A stretch of DNA of 64,000 nucleotides from Acidobacteriota bacterium (lineage in GTDB: Bacteria > Acidobacteriota > UBA890 > WLXD01), in contig CAXWPH010000015.1 of assembly GCA_963666055.2 (NCBI GenBank), positions 2,080,001 through 2,144,000 of the forward strand. Direction: 5' to 3'. Positions 20,169 through 30,171 of this stretch are shown one piece after another. The translations under genes and the position numbers were made by a program. How positions within the stretch are numbered: the stretch's first letter is position 1; each line of letters starts with the position of its first letter. Below the pieces are notes generated by a model. It did no database searches and had not been told where the DNA came from. It worked only from the letters and a program-made list of their open reading frames with translations.

Positions 20169-22153
20169 GGCTGCCGCCCGCTTGCTGTGGTCGCAGCGAC
20201 TTCGTCGGCCTGCCAGCAGGCCGACGCATGGCCTGGTGCTGCTGGCAGCAGCGGCGGGTTCTCCTGATGGCATCGCTCGACGACATAGGCGCAGCGCGGC
20301 GCGAACGGGCAGCCGACGACTGGCCGCGACGGGTCGGGCGGATGCCCGGGGATCGCCACAAGCCGCTTGCTGCGCGAGTCCAGTGCGCTTGGCATCGACC
20401 GCAGCAGCCCGAGGGTGTAGGGGTGACGCGCACGACAGAAGATCTCGCGGACCGGTGCCTGCTCGACGATGTGGCCGGCGTACATCACCGCCACCCTGTC
20501 GACCAAGCCCGCTACCACCGCCAGATCGTGGGTGATCCAGATGATCGCCATGCCGAGCTGCTGCCGGAGGTCCTGCACGAGGTCGACGATCTGCGCCTGG
20601 ATGGTGACGTCGAGGGCTGTGGTGGGCTCGTCGGCGATGAGCACGGAGGGGCTGCAGGAAAGCGCCATGGCGATCATCACCCGCTGGCGCTGTCCGCCCG
20701 ACAGCTGATGCGGGTAGTCTGAGAGCCGCTCGGCAGGATGCGGAATCCGCACCAGCTCGAGCAGCTCGATCGCCCTGGATCGGGCCGCGGCGGCAGACAG
20801 GCCTTCGTGCCAGGCGAGCGATTCGGTGATCTGACTGCCAATCGACAGCACCGGGTTCAGCGAGGTCATCGGGTCCTGGAAGATCATCGCGATCTTGCGA
20901 CCACGGACTTCGCGCCACCGCGCTTCCGACAGACCCAGCAGGTTACGGCCCTCGAGAATCACCTCGCCGTGCTCTACAGATCCCGGCGGCGGCACCAGCC
21001 CGATCAACGACAGCGCCGCGACGGTTTTACCGGATCCGCTCTCGCCGACGATCGCCAGGGCTTCGCCAGGGTCGAGGGTGAACGAGACGCCGTCGACCGC
21101 GGTGATTGGGCCGAGGTCGGTCTCGAACGCCGTCGTCAGGTCGCGCACCTCGAGCAGATGCCCTGGGGCCGTGACCGGGGTTGCGACTGATTCTGGGGCT
21201 GGGGTTGAGCCTGGGGCCGGATCGGGGGCTGGCGTGGCTGCCGCCGGTCGCGGCAAGGAGCCTCCACGCCGGCGGCCAGGTTGTCGTCGCCGCCTCCGCC
21301 AGCGTCGGTGGACGCGTTCCCCGGTCGGATCGAACGCCTCTTGCAGGCCGTCGCCGATGAAGTTGACCGACAGCACCACCGTGAGGATGGCGAGGCCCGG
21401 AAACACCGTCAGCCAGGGGCGGGTGGCCATCGTTACCTGTGCCTCCTGCAGCATGTTGCCCCACGTTGGCGTGGGCGGCTGCACGCCAAGCCCGAGGAAG
21501 CTCAGCGAGGACTCCAGGATGATGGCGTTGCCCACTGCAAGGGTGGCACCCACGACGATGGGTCCGACCGCGTTCGGCAGAATGTGACCGGTGATCAGAC
21601 GCCGGTTGCCGGCGCCGAGGCCACGTGCCGCCTCGACGTAGTCGCGCTGCTTGATCGACAGCACCTCGGCGCGCACCACCCGGGCGGTCGCCATCCAGCT
21701 CAGCAGCCCGACGATCACCGCCACGGAGATCGCGCCGGCGCGCGAATAGGCGCTCAGCACGATAAGCAGAGGCAGCGCCGGGATCGAGTAGGCAACGTCG
21801 GTAAGGCGCATGAGCACACCGTCGATGCGGCCGCCGTAGAACCCCGCCAGCGCCCCGACCAGCGATCCGATACCGGTGCCGATCAGCGCCGCCAGCACGC
21901 CGATGAGGATGGAGACGCGACCGCCGTACAGCACCCGCGTGAACAGGTCGCGTCCGAGATCGTCGGTGCCCATCCAGTGGGCGCCCGACGGTGGTTGTCG
22001 GATGCCGCTCAGATCGATGGCGTCGAACTCGTAGGCGACAATAAGCGGCGCCGCCACACAGGCGAGTGCCATGACGACGACTACTGCCAGCGCCACGACC
22101 GCCGCCGGGTGGTCTCGCATGCGCCTCCAGATGAGCCCGGTGCGCTCATTCAT
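20165..22153 (-). CDS. Fused OppC-like permease / OppD-like ATPase
   Basis: [11 protein letters not shown] and EAA loop in the N-half; [27 protein letters not shown] in the C-half; one ORF. Confidence 0.85.
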   Translation of the reverse strand: MNERTGLIWRRMRDHPAAVVALAVVVVMALACVAAPLIVAYEFDAIDLSGIRQPPSGAHWMGTDDLGRDLFTRVLYGGRVSILIGVLAALIGTGIGSLVGALAGFYGGRIDGVLMRLTDVAYSIPALPLLIVLSAYSRAGAISVAVIVGLLSWMATARVVRAEVLSIKQRDYVEAARGLGAGNRRLITGHILPNAVGPIVVGATLAVGNAIILESSLSFLGLGVQPPTPTWGNMLQEAQVTMATRPWLTVFPGLAILTVVLSVNFIGDGLQEAFDPTGERVHRRWRRRRRQPGRRRGGSLPRPAAATPAPDPAPGSTPAPESVATPVTAPGHLLEVRDLTTAFETDLGPITAVDGVSFTLDPGEALAIVGESGSGKTVAALSLIGLVPPPGSVEHGEVILEGRNLLGLSEARWREVRGRKIAMIFQDPMTSLNPVLSIGSQITESLAWHEGLSAAAARSRAIELLELVRIPHPAERLSDYPHQLSGGQRQRVMIAMALSCSPSVLIADEPTTALDVTIQAQIVDLVQDLRQQLGMAIIWITHDLAVVAGLVDRVAVMYAGHIVEQAPVREIFCRARHPYTLGLLRSMPSALDSRSKRLVAIPGHPPDPSRPVVGCPFAPRCAYVVERCHQENPPLLPAAPGHASACWQADEVAATTASGRQP

Positions 22154-23099
22154 AGCGGATACGCGGATCGAGGACACCGTAGACGACGTCGGCAACCAAA
22201 TTGAAGAACACCACCATGACCGAGCCCATCAGCAGGATGCCCATCAACAACGGGTAGTCGCGGGCGAACATCGCTTGCACGAAGAGCCGACCGATTCCTG
22301 GCCAGGCAAAGATCGTCTCGGTGATTACCGCGCCCGAGAACAAGTCGGCCAGATTGAGCGCCATGATCGAGACCAGCGGGATCAGGGCGTTGCGTAGCGC
22401 ATGCACGCCGACGACGGCGCGCTCGGGAAGACCCTTGGCGCGTGCCGTGCGCACGTAGTCGCTGCGCAGCGCGCCCACCAGGCTGGCGCGTAGGTAGCGC
22501 GACCAACCTGCGATGTTCCTGAACGACAACACAGCGGCGGGGAGGATCAGGTGTTGCAGGTGATCCCACATCGACGTTGCGCCGACCGTTTCGGTGCCGG
22601 CAACCGGAAGCCAGCCCAACCTCACCGAGAAGAGCAGCTGCAGGAGGAGCGCGAACCAGAACACCGGCATGGCAACGCCGACGAACGACGCGCCGGTGGC
22701 CAGGTAATCGATCGGGGTGTGTTGCTTGACGGCGCTGAGGATACCGATGCCCACGGCGAGCATGGCGGCCAGCACGAACGAGGTTGCCATCAGCTCGAGG
22801 GTGGCTGGCAGACGCTCGCCGATCATCTCGGCAACCGGTCGGGTGGTGGAGAAGCTGACGCCGAGATCGCCGGTAAGCGCCGCCGAGAGCCACCTGAAGT
22901 ACTGCACATGGATGGGCTGGTCGACACCCAGGCGCTGCCGGTAGTTCTCGATGACCTGCGGGTCGATGAAGCGCCCGGTCTCCAGCAAGGCGCCTTCGGG
23001 CCCGCCCGGCGCCGCCTGGATGACCGCGAAGATCACCACCGAGATGCCGAGCAACAGTGGCACCATTAATAGCAGCCGGCGGCCGATGAAGGCGCTCAC
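22146..23099 (-). CDS. Oligopeptide ABC permease (OppB-like)
   Basis: GDLGVS, DYVRTARAKGL..HALRNA, ETIFAWPGIG. Confidence 0.92.
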   Translation of the reverse strand: MSAFIGRRLLLMVPLLLGISVVIFAVIQAAPGGPEGALLETGRFIDPQVIENYRQRLGVDQPIHVQYFRWLSAALTGDLGVSFSTTRPVAEMIGERLPATLELMATSFVLAAMLAVGIGILSAVKQHTPIDYLATGASFVGVAMPVFWFALLLQLLFSVRLGWLPVAGTETVGATSMWDHLQHLILPAAVLSFRNIAGWSRYLRASLVGALRSDYVRTARAKGLPERAVVGVHALRNALIPLVSIMALNLADLFSGAVITETIFAWPGIGRLFVQAMFARDYPLLMGILLMGSVMVVFFNLVADVVYGVLDPRIRYE

Positions 23100-23159
23100 T
23101 GGTGTGTAGTAACCGGCGTCTCGCACGCAGGGCGTACCAGCACGCGTCCGCAGTCGCTG

Positions 23160-24791
23160 CTATTGACGCAGGTCCCACTCATAGAGGTTCCAGAAGCTGC
23201 CGAAGTTGGTACCGCTGCCGCGGAAGTTAACCACGCGTTTGCTCACTACCTCCGGGGTGACGGCGTAGTAGATCGGCAGCGTCCTGGCGCCCTCGGCCAG
23301 GAGGACCTGAACGGTATCGAGCAACGGCTTGCGAGCGGCGAAGTCGATTCTCCGGTCCGATCGTTCCATCACTGCGTCGAGCAGTGGATCGCACAGACCG
23401 GTCATGTTGTTGGCGCCGGCGCAGGCGTACAGGTTGGTTACGCCGGGGTCCGCGGAAAGGAACCATCCGGCAACGATGGCCTCCCACTCGCCGCTCCGCC
23501 ACCGTTGCGTCCAGGCAGCGCTCTCCATGGTCTCGAACGTGGCCTCGATGCCAATGGCCTTCAACTGTGCCTGGATCACCTGCGCGATGGCGATGCGCTC
23601 GCGATCGCCGGCACGGTTCAGCAAAGTGAACGAAAAGCGCACGTCGCCCTTGGATCGCACTCCGTCGGATGCGAGACGCCACCCCGCCTGGTCGAGTAGC
23701 TCGGCCGAGAGTTGCGGGTCGTACGCATGGATCGGTACTTCAGGGTTGTGGTAGGGATTGGCCGGGTTGATCGGCGTGTGAGCAACCTGCACCGTGCCCT
23801 GCATCAGCCCCTCGGCGATCGCCTGCCGATCGATAGCGTGGAAGATCGCCCGACGTACGTTCGCATCGGCAAACAGGCGCCGGCCGCGCTCGGTGTTGAC
23901 ACCCAAATCGAGGTGCATGAACCGGTTCGAGGTCACTAGGTGAGTGTCGTAGTCGGTGAGATCGGCAACCTCGCTTACCTGTGTGGGCTCGATCTGCCCG
24001 TAGTCGTAACGGCCGGTTCGCATGGCGTTCAGCCGGGCGTTGGAGTCGGGCACGAACGACCACACGATCTCGTCGATACGCGGATACTGCGGACCGCGCC
24101 AGTAGTCGTCGTTGCGCACCACCCGGATGTACTCGCCCGACTTCCACTCGGCGAACCTGAAAGGTCCGGTGCCGATTGTCTCGGTGCCGCGGTTGTAGGG
24201 AACGTAGTTGATGATCTCTCGTGTGGTCATGTTGCCGAGCACGTGTTTCGGCAAGATCGCCTCGAACAGGCCGGCGTAGAAGCCATAGGCGTCGTCCCAG
24301 CGCATCACCACGGTGTGCTCGTCGGGCATCTGGCAGTCGATGATGCCGAGGTAGTGGTCGCGGTTGTAGGTTTCAGACCCATCGCTGGTCACGAAAGCCC
24401 AGGTGAAACACACGTCGGCGCTGGTGAACTTCTCGCCGTCGTGCCAGCGGACGTTCTCTTGTAGCTCCCAGGTCATGTCGATCGTGCCGTCCTCGTTGCG
24501 CACCACCAGGCCGTTCTCCTCGGTCGGAATCTGTTTGGCCAACACCGGGACGTAGGTGTTGTTCTCGTCCGTGGTGATCAGACCCTCGACCATGCTGAGA
24601 TGGATGTCGATCAACATCTGACTGGTAAAGGCGTTGAGCACGTCGATCTCGCGGTTGTAGGCAACGCGTAGGATCTTCCGGGCTCTAGCGGCGGAATCTG
24701 CTGCGGCTCCTGGCTCGGGTTGACCGCAACCGAGGGCCAGCAAGCCGATGACGGTGCCGGCTGCGGCCCGGCGGATGCGACTACTCACCAT
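23160..24791 (-). CDS. Family-5 ABC substrate-binding lipoprotein
   Basis: Lipobox LALGC; WHDGEKFTSADV; IGTGPF; VRRAI..AIDR. Confidence 0.92.
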   Translation of the reverse strand: MVSSRIRRAAAGTVIGLLALGCGQPEPGAAADSAARARKILRVAYNREIDVLNAFTSQMLIDIHLSMVEGLITTDENNTYVPVLAKQIPTEENGLVVRNEDGTIDMTWELQENVRWHDGEKFTSADVCFTWAFVTSDGSETYNRDHYLGIIDCQMPDEHTVVMRWDDAYGFYAGLFEAILPKHVLGNMTTREIINYVPYNRGTETIGTGPFRFAEWKSGEYIRVVRNDDYWRGPQYPRIDEIVWSFVPDSNARLNAMRTGRYDYGQIEPTQVSEVADLTDYDTHLVTSNRFMHLDLGVNTERGRRLFADANVRRAIFHAIDRQAIAEGLMQGTVQVAHTPINPANPYHNPEVPIHAYDPQLSAELLDQAGWRLASDGVRSKGDVRFSFTLLNRAGDRERIAIAQVIQAQLKAIGIEATFETMESAAWTQRWRSGEWEAIVAGWFLSADPGVTNLYACAGANNMTGLCDPLLDAVMERSDRRIDFAARKPLLDTVQVLLAEGARTLPIYYAVTPEVVSKRVVNFRGSGTNFGSFWNLYEWDLRQ

Positions 24792-26466
24792 CGCCGCGTC
24801 TCGCCATCATTTCCGCCGCGATCAACGAGACCGGAATCGACCCGTACGAAAGCAGCTCGTCATGGAACTTGCGGAGGTCGAAGTCTCTTCCGTCGCGCGC
24901 CGACAGCTCCCCTCGTAGCTCGTGGATGGCGTCGTTGCCCAGCAGATATATTGCCGCCGTTCCCGGGAACATGCTGTTCTGTACGGCGCCGGCCATCGCC
25001 GCCGCGGGCGCCATCAGCGCGGCGCGCTCATAGTAGTCGGCGGCCTGCTGCAGAGAAAACTGGCCGGAGTGCAGCCTTACGTCGACGACCGCCCGCGCGC
25101 ACATCCGCATGCGCGATTGGTGCTCGGAGTATTGCTCCAGCGGCGTTAGGGCTCCTGCTTCGCTCATCAGGTCGGTGGCGTAGCAGGCCCATCCCTCGGC
25201 CATGGTGCCGCCGCAGAACATGGCGATGCGCGACGCGCAGTCGACGGCGGCGACTCTACCGATGCGCGACGCGGCGCGGAACGCGTGCCAATTCTGTACA
25301 TGGTGGCCGATGCCACCGTGATGGATCACATGGTTCAGCTTGATGACGCTGTCGTTCGTTGTCTCAAGGAAGGCGCGCTGCTGATCTGCGGGGGCACTCG
25401 TGTCGAGCGCCGGTACCAGGACCTCGTGCACTTGCGGTCGCCCGGTCACTGCCGGGGATCGATAGACCAGGAAGTACAGATGCGGTGCTGCGTGGCGCGC
25501 CCATCGTGGCTGTGGCACGAAGCGGAGAGGAAACTCCGGCCAGGTCAGCAAAGCCTGCGTCTCGCTAATCTCGCGCATCGCGTCCGAGACCTCTTGATGG
25601 CGGGTGCAGTACCGATCCGGCGGCGGATGCAATCTTCTGAGCTCCCCGAGCGCTTCAGCGCTGTTGTTGGCACCGAAGTCTCGCGCCTGCTCCGATAGCC
25701 TCGCGGCGGCCTCCGACAGCCCGTGTTCGGCAATGGTTGCGATCGTGGCGGCGCTGTCGTCGACGCAGTGGCCCTCGCGCAGGTACATGGCGAAAGCTTG
25801 CTCACCGCAGCGGTGGTGGTCCACCGGTGCGGCGAGAAGCTCGCTCTCGAGATGAGAGCGGAACTCTGCGAAGGCCGCTGCCGCGACTTCGGCTGATGCG
25901 TCGAGCCCCGGCGTGTCGAGATGTTCCTCGGCGATCAGGTGTTGTAGGCCCACGGTCAGGAACCTGTCGGCGCCGGCGCACTCTCGGATCGCACGCTCGG
26001 TCCAGGCTTGTGGTGCGCGGCGGACGTTGCCGCGACCTTGAGACAGCAGCGCCGGGACTCCTTCCATCCGTTCGATGGCCGCTGCGGCACGCTCGGCGAC
26101 GGGTGCGAAGTCGGTCAGGAACAGCGACATGATCCCGAAGATCGCCTCGCCGGTGTAAAAGCTCGGGTTGTGGCGATGGAAATAGCCTGATTGCAGCTCC
26201 CAGACCTGGGTTCGCAGGAATCCCTGAGCGAGCTGCAGGTCGATGCGCTCGGTCGCCGCCAGTGACTCGGCTGGCAGCTCCAGCGATTCCCTCAGCAGGC
26301 TCTCGGCATCGGCGAGGGCGTCGCCCGCTCCGTTGTCGGAGAAGTCGGGTAGTCGGTGGTCGCCATCGTGGACGCCGATGAAGGTTCCGTTGACCGGCCT
26401 GTGCCTGTAGTAGGAGTCGAAGAACCTGTCGCGCCACGCGATGAATGCGGCAGACTCGGCGAGCAT
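24781..26466 (-). CDS. DUF885 family protein
   Basis: HHGGIGHHVQ, EGWACY, R.VVDV.LH, F.L..FHD.LL.YG. Confidence 0.85.
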   Translation of the reverse strand: MLAESAAFIAWRDRFFDSYYRHRPVNGTFIGVHDGDHRLPDFSDNGAGDALADAESLLRESLELPAESLAATERIDLQLAQGFLRTQVWELQSGYFHRHNPSFYTGEAIFGIMSLFLTDFAPVAERAAAAIERMEGVPALLSQGRGNVRRAPQAWTERAIRECAGADRFLTVGLQHLIAEEHLDTPGLDASAEVAAAAFAEFRSHLESELLAAPVDHHRCGEQAFAMYLREGHCVDDSAATIATIAEHGLSEAAARLSEQARDFGANNSAEALGELRRLHPPPDRYCTRHQEVSDAMREISETQALLTWPEFPLRFVPQPRWARHAAPHLYFLVYRSPAVTGRPQVHEVLVPALDTSAPADQQRAFLETTNDSVIKLNHVIHHGGIGHHVQNWHAFRAASRIGRVAAVDCASRIAMFCGGTMAEGWACYATDLMSEAGALTPLEQYSEHQSRMRMCARAVVDVRLHSGQFSLQQAADYYERAALMAPAAAMAGAVQNSMFPGTAAIYLLGNDAIHELRGELSARDGRDFDLRKFHDELLSYGSIPVSLIAAEMMARRGDGE

Positions 26467-26523
26467 GGCGCGGATTCAAACACATGCGACACTTCCCGGC
26501 ATGAGGAGTTTCGACTTGCGGTG

Positions 26524-27108
26524 ATGGACGCGCGCCAGTGGAACGAGTACTACGCCGCCAACAAGGCACCGTGGACGCGCCCCGACGACGACCTGGTTGC
26601 CGAGGCCGCGGAGCTGCCGCTTGGCCGGGTGCTCGACCTCGGTGCCGGGGAAGGTGCGAACAGCATCTGGCTTGCTCGTCAAGGCTGGCAGGTAACGGCG
26701 GTCGATCAGGCGCCCGCGGCGATCGTTACGCTGGTGCAGTTGGCCGCCGGCGAAGGGCTGGCCATCCGTGGCGTGGTAGCGGATGTCGCGGAGTACCGCA
26801 CTGAGGCGCATTACGACCTGGTGCTTATCTGCTATATGCACCTGCCGTCCGACACTCGGACGCGCTTGCTGACCACTGCGGCGGCGGCGCTAGCGCCCGA
26901 CGGCGTGCTGCTGCTGATCGGGATATCGCCGCCGGATGCGGCTCTTGCCGCGTCTGGCGACCTCACCATAGAGAGATACGACGTGCGGCGCCGCATGATT
27001 GGCGGGACGCGGGGTGATATCAACTCCGACGTGATGCTGATTCGTGCCCGCCGCACGGTGTCCGACGACGGCGACACCACGGCTTCCGATCGATGTGCCG
27101 AACGATGA
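26524..27108 (+). CDS. Class I SAM-dependent methyltransferase
   Basis: VLDLGAGEG, GWQVTAVD. Confidence 0.85.
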   Translation: MDARQWNEYYAANKAPWTRPDDDLVAEAAELPLGRVLDLGAGEGANSIWLARQGWQVTAVDQAPAAIVTLVQLAAGEGLAIRGVVADVAEYRTEAHYDLVLICYMHLPSDTRTRLLTTAAAALAPDGVLLLIGISPPDAALAASGDLTIERYDVRRRMIGGTRGDINSDVMLIRARRTVSDDGDTTASDRCAER

Positions 27109-27120
27109 TGGAGTGAATCG

Positions 27121-27897
27121 ATGGAGATTCTCAGCCTCGATAACCTCGTCACGCTGGCACTGCTGACGCTTCTTCAGGGCGTGCTCGGGTTCGACAATCT
27201 GCTGTACGTCGCGCTTGAATCCAAACGCGCCCCGGCGGGCCAGCGGGCCGCCGTCAGGCGTTGGGGCATCGGTATCGCCATCGTCCTCCGCATCGTGCTG
27301 CTGTTCGGCCTGACGAGCCTGATCGGCTATTTCCAGGCCCCCGTCTTCGGCCTTCACAGCACCGGCCTGGTCGAGGCCCAGTTCAACTTCCACAGCATCA
27401 TCGTGCTGTTAGGCGGGGCGTTCATCATTTACACCGCCACCAAAGAGATCTTCCACATGATCGGTGTGGACGATCTCGAGCACGAGGAGCGCGGCGCGCG
27501 CCCCCTAGGAACGGTCGTGTTGTGGATCGTGGCGATGAACCTGGTGTTCTCCTTCGACTCGATCCTCAGCGCCATGGCGCTCACCGACGTGTTCTGGGTG
27601 ATGGCGACGGCGATCGTCATCGGCGGTGTGATGATGATCTTGCTCGCCGACAGCGTGGCGGGGTTCCTGCAGCGCAACCGCATGTACGAGGTGCTCGGCC
27701 TTTTCATCCTGTTCGTCGTCGGCATCATGCTGCTGTCGGAAGGTGGGCATCTGGCCCACCTGCGCTTGCTTGGCAACGAGGTCACGCCGATGAGCAAGAC
27801 GACGTTCTACTTCGTCATCGGTGTGCTGGTGCTGACCGACGTCGTTCAGAGCCGATATCAGAAGAGGCTTCTCAGGCGGAGGGCTCACTCCACCTAG
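27121..27897 (+). CDS. TerC family membrane protein
   Basis: VLGFDNLLY, NLVFSFDSILSA. Confidence 0.9.
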   Translation: MEILSLDNLVTLALLTLLQGVLGFDNLLYVALESKRAPAGQRAAVRRWGIGIAIVLRIVLLFGLTSLIGYFQAPVFGLHSTGLVEAQFNFHSIIVLLGGAFIIYTATKEIFHMIGVDDLEHEERGARPLGTVVLWIVAMNLVFSFDSILSAMALTDVFWVMATAIVIGGVMMILLADSVAGFLQRNRMYEVLGLFILFVVGIMLLSEGGHLAHLRLLGNEVTPMSKTTFYFVIGVLVLTDVVQSRYQKRLLRRRAHST

Positions 27898-28032
27898 GCC
27901 AGAAAACCAGAGGCTTTTGAGATGAGCCAGCGACCTCCGACGCGGGTCTCGACGCCACCACTACGTTGCAGCACTTCGCGCGGCATGTACGTCACATTGC
28001 TGTGACTAAAATGACGCCAGGAGGAGACTGGG

Positions 28033-28738
28033 ATGGCTCACCCTAGGATTGAACCACCTGCAGGATCTCGCGTGCTGGAGATCGGCAGCGGCCATAATCC
28101 TCATCCGCGATCGGACGTCCTCTGCGATCGGTACTTGGACGATCGAGAGCGCGCTGCTCCGCTGGTTCGCGATCGTCCGTTCGCCCAAGCGGATGGCGAG
28201 GAACTACCGTTTCGAGACGGCGCGTTTGGCTACTCGATCGCGATTCACGTCGCCGAGCACATGCGGGACATCGCTGGGTTCTTTGATGAGTTGGCGCGGG
28301 TGTCTAGTGCAGGATACGTGGAGACGCCTTCGGCGATCGGCGAGCACCTTTTCGGCTGGAGAAAACACCGCTGGCTGCTCACCGTCCACGAAGGCATCGT
28401 CTATGTGCGCCCGAAACAAGCCCACACACCGTTTGGTGGCCTGTTTCATGAGCTGATGCGGCAAGACGCTGGGTTGGCCGCCATCTACTACCGGTATCCT
28501 GACCTTTTTTTTTCGCATGCGGTGCTATTGGAACGGGAGCGTTCCGTATCGTGTGGTGACAGGCGAGCAAGAGGTGCCCGTCGATCTCGACGACCCGAGG
28601 TCGGTCGCGAGTCTATTGGCGCACAGGTCACGGCCGACTGAGTGGCTCAGGGCCTACGTCAGTCGGTCGGTGCGATCACCGGCGTGGCGATTACTGAGAG
28701 ATCTGCGCTTTCGACGTCGAGGCGCCGCGCGGCGCTAG
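28033..28738 (+). CDS. Methyltransferase-domain protein, frameshifted at T9 (28505-28513)
   Basis: VLEIGSGHNP, ADGEELPF.D..F; continues as ORF 28517-28738. Confidence 0.7.
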
Positions 28739-28813
28739 CGAGCTGGCCCGGTCGTCGGCAAGGCGACCTACCTTCCGGCCATCGAGCCGGATCAGGCGGC
28801 GGCGAAGAGGGTC

Positions 28814-29113
28814 GTGGACATTGGCCCCGTCATCGCCTCGGCGGTCTGGGGTACCTTCAACCTGAGCGCTGCGAAGGCCAAGATCCGCAGCTGCAATCGT
28901 CGCGTCCACAGCTTCCTGTTCGAGGACAACGAGGCGAACGGCGATCTCGCCTATCTACAGGGCGTCGTTCTCAAGTGGGTACGCCACGACAGGTCGGATG
29001 CCGCCACCTATAGCATCAGCAAGTACGTGAACTTCAAGTTTATTCGGAGCGATACCGCTGATTGCCGTAGCGCATGTCCTGTCGGGCGTTTCCTCTACGG
29101 GCCCAGGCCGTAG
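28814..29113 (+). CDS. Hypothetical protein, probably a 5'-truncated fragment
   Basis: Coding-like composition; no recognisable family or RBS. Confidence 0.3.
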   Translation: MDIGPVIASAVWGTFNLSAAKAKIRSCNRRVHSFLFEDNEANGDLAYLQGVVLKWVRHDRSDAATYSISKYVNFKFIRSDTADCRSACPVGRFLYGPRP

Positions 29114-29367
29114 TGGGCCGGTGGGCGCAGTTTGGTCGCAGTTTCGGAGACCAGCGAAGATGCTAAGGATGGCCCCGACTGCGCCCGATGTGCGACCGAA
29201 ACCTCGAGCCTTCCAATCGTTGCTGGTGTTCGGGTCCTCGAGCACGTAGGGGAAGCCCGCGAGCCGGCTCTCGTGCCGAAGAGCCGTGTAGATTCACGAC
29301 AGCCTGCGGAGTACTCCGGGAGCTTGCGAATGCCCCTTCCCCCGCCGAGTCAACAGGAGGTTCTTGA

Positions 29368-29679
29368 CTAGGTATCCAGCCAGTCGGCTATCTGTTGAAG
29401 CATGCCGCACTTCTCGCGGAACTCCTCAACAGTTCGGAGTGTGCTCCCGAAGTCATCATCCAGATCCCACTCGTAAGTGGTGACTGCGAACCCTCGGTGC
29501 ACCCTATCCGCCTGGCTGAAGATCAATCGCTTCAGATCGCTGCACTCCTCGCTGAATGCCCACCCCCCCCAGCCTTGGCTCGGGGGGAATGCTGGTGCGT
29601 TGTAGTTGTTGCAACCGGCTGTGGCTAGTAAGCCAACGGCTACTGCCACGAGGCCGAGGCGGCTTCTTTGGATTCGCAT
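29368..29679 (-). CDS. Small putative lipoprotein
   Basis: AAGGAGG RBS; signal peptide ending ATAGC. Confidence 0.6.
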   Translation of the reverse strand: MRIQRSRLGLVAVAVGLLATAGCNNYNAPAFPPSQGWGGWAFSEECSDLKRLIFSQADRVHRGFAVTTYEWDLDDDFGSTLRTVEEFREKCGMLQQIADWLDT

Positions 29680-29989
29680 GGACTGCCTCCTTTGCCGACT
29701 AGAGAGTTCTAAGCGGCGCCTTTGTTACAGGACGCAAATTGCAGAAGCAAGAATTGCCCTGGTCCGCCGTGCATGACCCTCGGGCCAGGGTCTATCGCCG
29801 GCGGCCCAGAACATGCATGCATGCGGCTCTCAGGGGTGGTCTAGACGGCTGGTCCGCCCTGCTCGTCGCTCACCTACGATACGTATGGGTCGAGGCGACT
29901 CTCCGCCATCCCGGGACTCCTACTACCCCCCCCCCCCCCCCCCCCCCCCGGCACCCTGTCGTGCGGCGCTTGCACATCGGTTCCGGAAT

Positions 29990-30078
29990 CCCCGCTCTCC
30001 TGCCCGTCTCACCAGTACATGGACGAGCGCGACCCCTTTGAGCGCCTGCTACGCGACCTTACGCCTGATCCGGTAGAG
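29990..30078 (+). repeat. Repeat module A copy 1 (MDERDP micro-ORF; also 33625-33713 and 35729-35803)
   Basis: CCGTCTCACCAnnnCATGGACGARCGSGACCCC...ACGCCTGAnCCGRTAGAG in three places; copy 1 gives a 25-aa ORF at 30019-30096. Confidence 0.9.
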
Positions 30079-30109
30079 AGAGAACTGACGCCGTAGCGCC
30101 TGCCTCCCG

Positions 30110-30138
30110 TGGACCCCCGCCCACCCCAGCGATAGGCT
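30110..30138 (+). promoter_or_regulatory. Sigma70-like promoter in repeat module B (second copy 34109-34137)
   Basis: TGGACC-N17-TAGGCT conserved in both copies while the spacer varies. Confidence 0.55.
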
Positions 30139-30171
30139 TCAGGCGCTCACCCACCCTGCCTCGGGAGCGCC

